Shown here: positions 1-8,451 of the stretch, in pieces
Layout: every line of letters begins with the position of its first letter
Position numbering within the stretch: position 1 is the first letter of the stretch
NCBI GenBank assembly: GCA_002726235.1
Contig: PBSN01000007.1
Coordinates: forward strand, 1-64,000
Length of the DNA: 64,000 bases
Direction: 5' to 3'
From: Nitrospiraceae bacterium
GTDB taxonomy: Bacteria > Nitrospirota > Nitrospiria > Nitrospirales > UBA2166
The notes under the pieces: generated by a model
What the model was told of the DNA's origin: nothing
Database searches by the model: none
What the model saw: the letters and a program-made list of their open reading frames with translations, nothing else
Position numbers and translations under genes: made by a program

Positions 1-213
1 CAGGAGCAATCCTCCTGAGAGGGCGTGAGCCTGAGCATATTCCAGGGTCTCCACATGATCGTAAATTGAGATCGAGAGCACCTTTGTTTTTCCTGGGATG
101 CTTCCTCCTACCATCAACACTACTCCGAACTCACCGAGGGTATGTGCGAATCCTAAGACTGTTGCTGTGATGTATCCACGCAATGCCAACGGCAGATGCG
201 CGGAGCATACCAT
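1..213 (-). pseudogene. modB: C-terminal fragment of molybdate ABC transporter permease (5'-truncated; runs off the window start)
   Basis: Manual translation gives [65 protein letters not shown], the ModB C-terminal signature. An in-frame TAA lies at 243-241 and no ModB-like sequence is visible upstream. Confidence 0.8.
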
Positions 214-953
214 CTGACCGCGACGAGTACCAGAATCCAGTTAGCGTAAGCAATATAAGCGACGATAATACCACGAACCTGTTGTGAGGGATGCTGATGC
301 CAGAAGAACCGTTGTCGATGCATACGAGATCTTGAATTTGCGATATGTGGCGATATAGATACATAAGCGGATCAAAATTGATACATGGTTGCTTCAGCAG
401 GGTTGTGGTGAGCATCAAAAGATCGTGATAAAACACAACGTAGCACACGTAATCTTGGGTGGCATTGGTATTGCTTTAGCACTGTTCTGGATTAGAAAGC
501 TGGATGTCATTATGTTGGAGTTGTACTAATTGCAACGTCAGGCCCGTTCAACGTGCGATATCACCCCTCCTGGATTCACCTCCCGTCTAATATCTGTGCT
601 AGATAGGGCGCGGCGTGCGATTGTGCAACTCCAACATAATGACATCCATGAGGTTGGACTTGGATGAGCGAGGTCAAGTCAAGTAGTGAAGGCGACGACT
701 CAGAAAGAATTGGGTTTGGGTGTCTGGGGCGATCAGCGGTGTCAGCAGTCCTGTTTTTTTCCTTCATGGCGAAACTAGGCTGGAGCAGATTTTGATCTTC
801 TAACGAGTCTTCATTGGCGTAGCGATGATATTTGAAACTGAGCTGACAGGGAGGCTGATCCGCAAAGGGTTTCTGTCTCCTGTACTGCCTATGAAGGTGC
901 GCAATCCCCTTCCCCCGTAGATCCTCTCGAACTGCATTGCGCGTGAATAGCCC

Positions 954-1466
954 TCAGTCCTCGTTTGCTATGAGTCGTCGCTTCAGAATCCACATTTCGT
1001 ACAGCGGAAGAGTGGACATCAGTACAAAGCTACTAATCATGAAGAAATCCCCCAAAAGCAAGGTGAGCGCAAAGACTTCAGAAACGTACAGGATCAACCA
1101 GGGAGAAAGAAGATCGAGGCCGACGCCTGTGAATGACATATAAGCCATGGTAATCTTGAGCCATCTGGGCGCCATAGTGAGGAAAAAAATATGGACGATG
1201 ATGAGGAAGACGATGGGCATTGTAAACAGGTGAAAGTGGGTGATTTCGGCTAATTCATGAAACGATTTTGGTTCACCGAAGGTGGCATCAGATCCGAGGT
1301 AGTGGGTGATGACGCCGTCATAGGACAACCCGTTCATCGTATAGGCCCAGTAGAGGGTGAGCGCAAATCCGATACCAACGATGCTGACGAAGAAGGTATA
1401 GACCAAGCGAATTTGGCGATCAGTATCCAGCAGCCTGAAGCGAGTGTTAAAGTTGCGCATCTTCAA
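954..1466 (-). CDS. Conserved ~4-TM membrane protein with His-rich motif (possible heme/metal-binding partner of the flavinylated protein)
   Basis: 170 aa; hydrophobic helices; EITHFHLF and IIVHIF histidines; 4-bp overlap with the FMN-binding gene. Confidence 0.7.
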   Translation of the reverse strand: MKMRNFNTRFRLLDTDRQIRLVYTFFVSIVGIGFALTLYWAYTMNGLSYDGVITHYLGSDATFGEPKSFHELAEITHFHLFTMPIVFLIIVHIFFLTMAPRWLKITMAYMSFTGVGLDLLSPWLILYVSEVFALTLLLGDFFMISSFVLMSTLPLYEMWILKRRLIANED

Positions 1467-2161
1467 TTTCCAAATAATCGATTAAAAAATCCCCGAGACG
1501 TTTTCTTCTTGTGTTCAATGGCGCCACATGGCGTTCCCTGCGGATTCAAGTAGAGTTCCTCGGTCAACACCAACGCCCGTTTTACCCCAGCGCTTGCCGA
1601 CCGGACTGACATCGTTGCCCCAGTGATGTTAATAATGTCCCGATTAATTCTGATCGGATCGTCTGATTGTTTGCCTTTGTATTGGTACATAAACCGGGGC
1701 TTGCGAATATCGGCACCACGGCTCTCTCGATAGATGAGCATCTCTACCTGGGAGACTTTGCCGGAAGGTGTGATCCCTACCATGTAAGTCATCGGGCGGT
1801 ACTTCCCAATGGTGTTTTGAATGGATGTGTATCCATCAATGGTGCCGTCTGTTTCACCGATAAAAAACTCAAAACTCGTTTCTGGGAATTTCCAGCCGAT
1901 GCGGCGCTCAATACAGGATTTTTGCTCAGGGGTAATCTTCCTGCTTTCCGCTTGAATAGTCTTGGATTGGGGGAGGAGCAATTTTAATGCTTCGTCTTCG
2001 GTTAGGTAGACGACTTCCTTCCCGATTTCTTGGGTTGTGAGCCACCGTCCGAGCTCTTCATCAAAGATTCGGTCGCGTATTTCCGCTCCATAGGATTGTG
2101 GTATTGCTTGGGTAGATAGGAGGAGGATCACGGCGATGATAGTGAACAGTGGGTGAGACAT
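1463..2161 (-). CDS. Exported FMN-binding domain protein (ApbE flavinylation substrate, RnfG/NosR FMN_bind family)
   Basis: Signal peptide from MSHPLF (start trimmed from 2296); DIINITGATMS contains the [S/T]GAT flavinylation motif; YRESRG motif. Confidence 0.85.
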   Translation of the reverse strand: MSHPLFTIIAVILLLSTQAIPQSYGAEIRDRIFDEELGRWLTTQEIGKEVVYLTEDEALKLLLPQSKTIQAESRKITPEQKSCIERRIGWKFPETSFEFFIGETDGTIDGYTSIQNTIGKYRPMTYMVGITPSGKVSQVEMLIYRESRGADIRKPRFMYQYKGKQSDDPIRINRDIINITGATMSVRSASAGVKRALVLTEELYLNPQGTPCGAIEHKKKTSRGFFNRLFGN

Positions 2162-2300
2162 TATATGGTTCGACAGTCTCGTTTTTTCCGGCGATTGGCA
2201 ATGCGTGAGAGCACGTGATGTTTGACTGCAGGTAACGCCGGTGTATGAAGCCAGCGTAGAGAGAGAGGTGTTGCCATGGGGATAACCCACACGCACCGTG

Positions 2301-2762
2301 TTAGATGGGATGGCATCCGTGTTTTTTGAGGCGTTGCTGGATGGTGTTCAGGATTCGACGTTCAACGTGGGGCGATCCATCGACCGGGAACCACCGCAGT
2401 GCTTTCACTCCGCTGAGGGGATGTTCTTGTCGAACGTGAATAACGCGGATGGTCGATACATCGTGATCATCAATGATTTTTACGAATAGACTGGAGCGTT
2501 CTTGCGTAAGTTTTCGCCCAAACGCTCCGACGCCTTGCTTCGACATGCCTTTTTCCCAATCGGTCTCGAGGACACCGGAGGATTTGTCGGCCGTGATCAG
2601 CGTGGCGCGTTCGAGTACCATGAGGCTCTCGTCCCACACCGTGTCGTACTGACAGCGAACGGTCGAGGTTTGCCCTCCGGAGAGACTGGCGCAACCAATG
2701 AGTAGGCTCGGGAGAATTATGGTGCTGGCGAATCGAAACAATGAATAGCTTCTGCTCATCAT
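2301..2762 (-). CDS. Lipoprotein, possibly BamC/DUF3576-like helix-grip fold
   Basis: Lipobox LLIGC; ADKSSGVLETDW motif. Confidence 0.65.
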   Translation of the reverse strand: MMSRSYSLFRFASTIILPSLLIGCASLSGGQTSTVRCQYDTVWDESLMVLERATLITADKSSGVLETDWEKGMSKQGVGAFGRKLTQERSSLFVKIIDDHDVSTIRVIHVRQEHPLSGVKALRWFPVDGSPHVERRILNTIQQRLKKHGCHPI

Positions 2763-2783
2763 CTTGTCTTCTGGTGTATTGTG

Positions 2784-4133
2784 TCAGAAGTACGTCGCGA
2801 CGGAAAGGACAATTCCATCGTTCATGACGTCTCGTCCGGTAATGCGGTTGGGCTCGAAATTGTACTGGTATTCAAATTTGAACACGGTATCCTCTGTTGG
2901 CCGGAAATTGATTCCTGGAGTAATCCGAAATACATCGCCTTCCAGTCCCGGAGTATCGAGGTTCGTGTTCACATCGTCAACCCGAAAAACTCCCGTAAAA
3001 ATGGAATCATCACTAAAATATTTTGGGGCCAGTTGTTGGATGAACGTCGGCATAAAGTGATAGTTGAATTGTCCATACCAGCCGAACATGCGTTCGGGGA
3101 GTCCGATGAACCGGCCATCGAGATCTCTGTCATTACCTTTAATTGTGGTATAAGCCGCCTCGCCTAAAAATTCCCACGGTCCCCGCATAAAGGTCCAGTC
3201 CAGGGCGCCGATAGTCAAGGGGCGTTTTGACTCAGGGTCGATCTTTGCATGATAGCCTGATACACCGAGTTCGACGCCTAGGATTGGGCTATAGGCCAAT
3301 CGGCCGACGAGAGCTTGGTTGTTATTGTTGTCCAGATTCAGACCAACGTCTGTGGTTTGCCAGCGAGCGCCAGCCAGCCCTCCGGCATCGGTGATTCGTG
3401 GAGTGCCATCCTTGGAAAATCCATTCATGCCTTGCGTTATATAGACCTCGTAATCTAGCTTGGAGAGTCGGGTGGGATAGAAGGTTCCAAAAACTCCTAC
3501 TCCAGGCTCACGCAGTACGCCGGGAATGACCCTGAGAGTTACTTCTGGGCGTTGTGTGAGATCGTTGATGGGAGAATCGTGGACCAGATTGAATTTGCCG
3601 ACCGGAAGGAGTATGACTCCGGCACGGAAATTGATCCACTCCGCAAAGGAGTGGTCGATGACCGCAAATTCCAGTTCTGCTTCGCCGATGCCATGTTCAA
3701 CTTCGAGTTCGGCAGCCATGCGGGTGTTTTCTGTGACATCAGAATAGATAAAGGGCACAAAACGAGTTTGATCAAAGCTAGCGTTTGGATTTCGGCGAGC
3801 ATTAGTGGGACCCTTTAGGTTGGCATATTCGAGGTCCATATACCCGCCAATTACTGCGCGGGGGTTGCTGTAGCCGGGTCTTGCATAGATGAGACCGCCA
3901 CTGCCGCCGTAGCGTAAGCCTGCTGCCTGGGCTTTGCGTTTTTGTTGTTGGTCTTCTAGGTCATGGTCGGCCAGCTCATGTTGTAGTAATTCATCGCTGA
4001 GCTTCTCGAGTTTTTTAATGCGCTCCTCAAGTGATAGTTCTTTTTCATCTTCAGCACCGACTGTTGGGGCAAATCCAAACATTAATAGTGCTGTCAGGAT
4101 CGCGATGGTGCATGATGTGCGCCTATGTTTCAC
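2784..4133 (-). CDS. Outer-membrane porin (OprO/P-like beta-barrel) with N-terminal coiled coil
   Basis: Signal peptide; LEERIKKLEK coiled coil; ELEVEHG..ELEFAVID and GKFNLVHD motifs; amphipathic strands; C-terminal ATYF. Confidence 0.85.
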   Translation of the reverse strand: MKHRRTSCTIAILTALLMFGFAPTVGAEDEKELSLEERIKKLEKLSDELLQHELADHDLEDQQQKRKAQAAGLRYGGSGGLIYARPGYSNPRAVIGGYMDLEYANLKGPTNARRNPNASFDQTRFVPFIYSDVTENTRMAAELEVEHGIGEAELEFAVIDHSFAEWINFRAGVILLPVGKFNLVHDSPINDLTQRPEVTLRVIPGVLREPGVGVFGTFYPTRLSKLDYEVYITQGMNGFSKDGTPRITDAGGLAGARWQTTDVGLNLDNNNNQALVGRLAYSPILGVELGVSGYHAKIDPESKRPLTIGALDWTFMRGPWEFLGEAAYTTIKGNDRDLDGRFIGLPERMFGWYGQFNYHFMPTFIQQLAPKYFSDDSIFTGVFRVDDVNTNLDTPGLEGDVFRITPGINFRPTEDTVFKFEYQYNFEPNRITGRDVMNDGIVLSVATYF

Positions 4134-4241
4134 AATAGCCTCCTCGTAAACAATATTCAGTAATCAGTGCTAAGGTCTAAGTAAGACAGTAAAAGTGCAG
4201 GTATGCATAATCTGGTGCGTAGTATTTTCGGCATTGTTTTC

Positions 4242-5870
4242 TTACTGTTGGCTGATTGGGGTGCTCTTCCGAGAGTCTTCACGCGTTCCACAATAAGAAA
4301 ACAATGACAATGTTGAAAACCACGGTTCCACATATCTGGAACGTCTGAACGTCGTGAGATAGTCGAAACAGTAGTATTTCGAGAGTTTCTGTCCCAGCTT
4401 TGAACTGAACAGCACGGTGCCTTGGAATTCGGCTGCACGCACCACGGCAGCAACCTCATTCAATCCGCGTGCGCGCGCGACATCAAATTCCGGCGCATGA
4501 TAGGCGAACAGTCGTTGGGTCTCCCAGGTAAACACGCTGGTCTCTTCGGGATCAAAGTGGGTTTTGACATGTTCGACAAATGCACTTTGTGGAGGCATTG
4601 TCTCGGCGTAGGCCTTGACCAGGGGGAAGGTGATCAGGCTTGAAAAGATAACTGCCAGAGTGCCAATTGCGGGAGCAACTAATTTCAGCTTGGTATTGCC
4701 CCACTGGAACATCAAAACACCGATAGTCACGCCAGCCAGTGGGTAGAGAAAGAGGATAGGCGGAAGCGCATGGCGTGGGCGTTCCGGGTTTTGACCGATG
4801 AGGATCCATACTAGGTATGGTGCGATCAGTGCACCAACACTCAGCATCGCCGGACGTATTGGCTTGTGAAGCATTGCCCACAACAAGAGGAGACAAAAAC
4901 TGATTGAGAAAGGCACTCTCCATATGTTTTGTGGTGCTTCCGGCCAATATCCTCCAAGCGAAAACGCCCAGATTCCCCACCACCATGTCATGTACCGGCC
5001 CAACCCGATCTCGTCCGAAAAGACTGTGCCTCCCCAGCGGGTGAAGTGTCCGGTACTAAAGTGAATACTTGACTGAATCAATTCTGCCGATCCGGTGTGG
5101 AGGATAAGTGGGAGGATCCATACGCAAGTCCCTATTCCAAGGCCTCCACATCCCCAGAGTGCCAATTCCTTGAAACGGGTTGGCCGTTGTATGAGTATGA
5201 TGAGGGCACACCCTAGGACAAACGGCCAGTAACTCAATCGTGTTCCAAGAACTAGGCCCATCAATGCTCCTGTAGTGCCAACCCACCACAAGGAGGAAGA
5301 TCGTTTGGCGCTGGGGTAGAGTGCGTAGGTCAGTGTAAGGGCGACCCAGGGGAGGAGGGAGCACCCAAGCGCATCGCTGAGAGGTTTTTCGGCTTGTAGC
5401 CATAGGCCGGGACTCAGGAGATATAAGCTGACTGCGGTCACTCCAGCCCAGAGCACAATTCCCGACGTGGCATCATTTAAATAAGGGGAAAGGGAAGACT
5501 TTGTTGCATAACAGGAACGATCGTTCTCATTTGGTGGGGGAGGAGGGGTGATGCACCGCTTAGTCCAGTGCGAGGCGAGTAAGGCGATTGGAATCACTGC
5601 GAGTGTGCTGAAAACGATGCCAGGGAGAATCAAGGCGGTGGTGTCCTGCATGACGGTGGGTCGGATCGCCCATTGGAAGCTTTTTGCCAACGCGATGTAA
5701 ACTGGATAGCCTGGGAGGTGTGGTTGATGTTTTGCAAGATCAAACTCATGGAGCGCGAGAGCAAAGTCTACAGCGTCCCAACCTTCCAGATAGTGGCCTC
5801 GGTATAACCAGCGAAGGGTCCCTCCTGCCACAACCAAGCACAACAAAAATGATGTATATGTCCGTCTCAT
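4242..5870 (-). CDS. Polytopic membrane protein, GT-C fold (PMT/ArnT/DUF2723-like glycosyltransferase)
   Basis: ~11-13 TM segments; acidic first external loop WDAVDFALAL..HQPHLPGYP; RHALP motif; soluble C-terminal domain. Confidence 0.7.
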   Translation of the reverse strand: MRRTYTSFLLCLVVAGGTLRWLYRGHYLEGWDAVDFALALHEFDLAKHQPHLPGYPVYIALAKSFQWAIRPTVMQDTTALILPGIVFSTLAVIPIALLASHWTKRCITPPPPPNENDRSCYATKSSLSPYLNDATSGIVLWAGVTAVSLYLLSPGLWLQAEKPLSDALGCSLLPWVALTLTYALYPSAKRSSSLWWVGTTGALMGLVLGTRLSYWPFVLGCALIILIQRPTRFKELALWGCGGLGIGTCVWILPLILHTGSAELIQSSIHFSTGHFTRWGGTVFSDEIGLGRYMTWWWGIWAFSLGGYWPEAPQNIWRVPFSISFCLLLLWAMLHKPIRPAMLSVGALIAPYLVWILIGQNPERPRHALPPILFLYPLAGVTIGVLMFQWGNTKLKLVAPAIGTLAVIFSSLITFPLVKAYAETMPPQSAFVEHVKTHFDPEETSVFTWETQRLFAYHAPEFDVARARGLNEVAAVVRAAEFQGTVLFSSKLGQKLSKYYCFDYLTTFRRSRYVEPWFSTLSLFSYCGTREDSRKSTPISQQ

Positions 5871-5910
5871 AGGTTCTCGTGTGAAATTTAGTGCATGTCG
5901 TTGAGCTTAC

Positions 5911-6672
5911 TTAGTAGGCGTATCCACCTCCGGTTGCTTCTTCCGTTGGCGGCAGGGGCACTCCTCCTCCTGTTCCTCCTTGACTACTGCCGATGGTCTT
6001 GAAGTCGCCGAGGAGAAAGCCGCCTGTCACGACTACTGGGTCTGTTCCAAATACTGATCCAGAACGCTCGTGTGTTGGCGAGATATCTGATCGCATTGCA
6101 ATTCCGGGAGAAATTGCCGATTGGTTGGAGCTTCCGGCCTGGGCGGGAGCAGTGATGGTGACTTTCGCATCGTACCCTGCCTCGGAGGCTTTCAGTGTGT
6201 CAACTAAAGCGATATTTCTCGCGTAATGGAATCCTTCAGCAATACCCACGTGCGGAACAAGGGTTGTATCGAGAGATTTGCCCGTATCGCGATTTGTTAG
6301 TTTGAGGTTGACGTTTAGGTAGGGAACAAATTCGCCTTCAGCTTTGCCACCAAGAACAGCGCCAGAATACCGGATTTGTGCTTCAAAATGTATGTCGGCT
6401 GCTGTTTTTGGGGTAAGGGGTCCCCCTACTGGTTCAGCTGGTTCAAGAATCATGTCTGGGGGAGCTACTTCTAAGGTGATGGTCATATTGCCGCTAGATG
6501 CCGGCGCGTCTTCTACTAGGACCAGCTCGCCTGTAAAGTTTGGAACGGTTTCAACTGCAGGGGGGACATTACTGTCGCAACCTATTAACAGACTGAGAAT
6601 TCCAATCAAGCCCATTACCCGCACAAGCTGGCCTGCATATTTGTTCGAAGATGGTCTATGAGTCAGTATCAT
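5911..6672 (-). CDS. P19/Tp34/FetP-family periplasmic iron-transport lipoprotein
   Basis: RBS GAGGAG before MILTHR; lipobox LLIGC; motifs DIHFEAQI, GEFVPYL, LVPHVGIAEGFHYARNI match P19 DIHLEADI / WIPYL / PMVAxDGPHYGAN. Confidence 0.8.
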   Translation of the reverse strand: MILTHRPSSNKYAGQLVRVMGLIGILSLLIGCDSNVPPAVETVPNFTGELVLVEDAPASSGNMTITLEVAPPDMILEPAEPVGGPLTPKTAADIHFEAQIRYSGAVLGGKAEGEFVPYLNVNLKLTNRDTGKSLDTTLVPHVGIAEGFHYARNIALVDTLKASEAGYDAKVTITAPAQAGSSNQSAISPGIAMRSDISPTHERSGSVFGTDPVVVTGGFLLGDFKTIGSSQGGTGGGVPLPPTEEATGGGYAY

Positions 6673-6700
6673 TGTTTTTTCTCCTCGCTTCAGCTTGGGA

Positions 6701-8269
6701 TCATGGAATAGTCGTTGGGTTGCCACGGCGGGTAGCAGTTAGGATATTGGCAAATGCTGAACTAAGACGCTGCATGAAGTCTTGTGCCTGCGTTTGCGTG
6801 AAAATGGCCTGTTCTCGGTCGTCAATTGTTGTGGCATCAAAGTTTGGAGCAAGGTAATTGATATTACTGAAGAATGCCCTTGCTTCGGCGCGGGCTTTTC
6901 CAAATGCTTCGAGATCACCAGGGGCTTTCCCTCGCATACTGACGATTTCGTGGTAGACGGCGAGATAAAAGATTTGGGTCAGGCGAGTTTCGATAATACT
7001 GATGTGAGTCTGAATACCCGTTCCACCGCTCGCGATGGTGCTTGCCCCAGCTAAAAAGGCATTATCAATACTGTCTACCAGATCACAGTCGATATTGGCG
7101 GGAGTTCCAAACTCCGCCCCTTCGCAATTGCCCTCTCTGCTCGTCGCGGTTCCTCGGATAGCTTGCCAGAATGCCCAGGCCTCGTCCCAATTATGACCGG
7201 CACCTGAGATGGCGTCGATTTCCCCGGCAGGAACTTTTTCAATAACCTCATCAAATTCATGAAGCAGATTAAGGTAAAACATCCGTTGCGCACCCTTTTC
7301 GGCCCATTCGCCACATTCCATGGGAAAGATGGTGCCATTGACGTTGCAGTCGTTTCCGATTGGACGCTGGGCTAACGCATTTGCGACGTTATCTTCTGCT
7401 GAGGCTAATACAGCTGCCGTAAGGCCACGACTTGCTGCGTAGCGGCTCGGATCTTCGTATTTTATGAATGAGGTTTTGAGGTTTTCGCCAAATCCAGTAT
7501 CGGAGCCATACAGTATGCTCGCGGTCGCAAAATCTGGGAGTGCAGCATTCATTGTTTCGAAATTCGAGACAAGCGCTTGCTGTTTGTCAACGTTCCCTAT
7601 GGGCATTGTGGTGGCGGGTGGAACGCCAGTGGGTGCTATGCTCCCTGAACTTCCACTGGGAGTTTGAGGAACATTTCCTGAGCTGCCAAATGAGGTTACG
7701 GTGGTTAATATGGGGACTCCTCCAGTATCACGGAAGAGTGCAGATGGAGGTACGGCATCATAGTGAACTGCTAGAACGTTGTCTGAAAACATCGTGACTT
7801 CTAGGAGGTACTGATCGTTGAAGGGATTGCCGAGTGGATCAGATGAAGGAAGTGCCACGTTTGAACCATAGCTCCATCCCGCATCATTTCCGAGTGTAGG
7901 AACGAGATCAAACGCGAGGATTCCGGCTCCTGGATTCGAGCGATTTATAATCTGTACACGCATTCGCTGATACGGAATGAAGTCCCCGGCATTGCGAGCG
8001 CCAAACACTTGGGCTCGTTCCGCAAAGAGGCGTACTTGGAAATACATATCTGCCAGATTGTTGGAGACTTGTCCGTTAACAATAGCTGGAACGAGGGTGG
8101 TTACCTCGGCGATTTCAACCACTGCCTCAATCGTTTCTCCAAACAACTCCGCTTCGCCAAGTTCAATTGCAGAAACTGAGGGGGCCCGGGGATCTTTGGG
8201 GGCTTGTGCAAACGTGTGTGATGCCATGACAGTACATAGTAGGATCATGACGATTTGTATTTGTCTCAT
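6701..8269 (-). CDS. Exported fusion: degenerate P19-like domain + S/T/P linker + FEA1/DUF4856-like helical iron-binding domain
   Basis: Signal peptide; GDFIPYQ and LVPTLGNDAGWSYGSNVAL align with the adjacent P19 paralog; C-terminal half has KGAQRMFYLNLLHEFDE and GHNWDEAWAFW. Confidence 0.65.
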   Translation of the reverse strand: MRQIQIVMILLCTVMASHTFAQAPKDPRAPSVSAIELGEAELFGETIEAVVEIAEVTTLVPAIVNGQVSNNLADMYFQVRLFAERAQVFGARNAGDFIPYQRMRVQIINRSNPGAGILAFDLVPTLGNDAGWSYGSNVALPSSDPLGNPFNDQYLLEVTMFSDNVLAVHYDAVPPSALFRDTGGVPILTTVTSFGSSGNVPQTPSGSSGSIAPTGVPPATTMPIGNVDKQQALVSNFETMNAALPDFATASILYGSDTGFGENLKTSFIKYEDPSRYAASRGLTAAVLASAEDNVANALAQRPIGNDCNVNGTIFPMECGEWAEKGAQRMFYLNLLHEFDEVIEKVPAGEIDAISGAGHNWDEAWAFWQAIRGTATSREGNCEGAEFGTPANIDCDLVDSIDNAFLAGASTIASGGTGIQTHISIIETRLTQIFYLAVYHEIVSMRGKAPGDLEAFGKARAEARAFFSNINYLAPNFDATTIDDREQAIFTQTQAQDFMQRLSSAFANILTATRRGNPTTIP

Positions 8270-8451
8270 GCTATGAATGTCCTTTCTTTATTGACGCGAA
8301 AAACAATAAAATTTCGTCAGTTAGAATGTCTTCATGCTCTTGTCTTCCACGTCACTTCCAATATGGCTTTCTGGGGGATTTGTGTGTCATCCACAGATGG
8401 CATTGTCCGTATCTTCCTGTACACCCATTCCCGACTACGTGCGTTGATTCT

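Noticed and set aside
131..448. 105-aa ORF with a PepSY-TM-like hydrophobic end ([12 protein letters not shown])
   Set aside because: The similarity is too short, and the ORF overlaps the modB fragment out of frame; not called.
845..885. Imperfect hairpin upstream of the modB remnant, considered as a Moco riboswitch
   Set aside because: Only a GCCTCCC-like stretch matches; the other conserved elements are not found. An Rfam/Infernal search would be needed.
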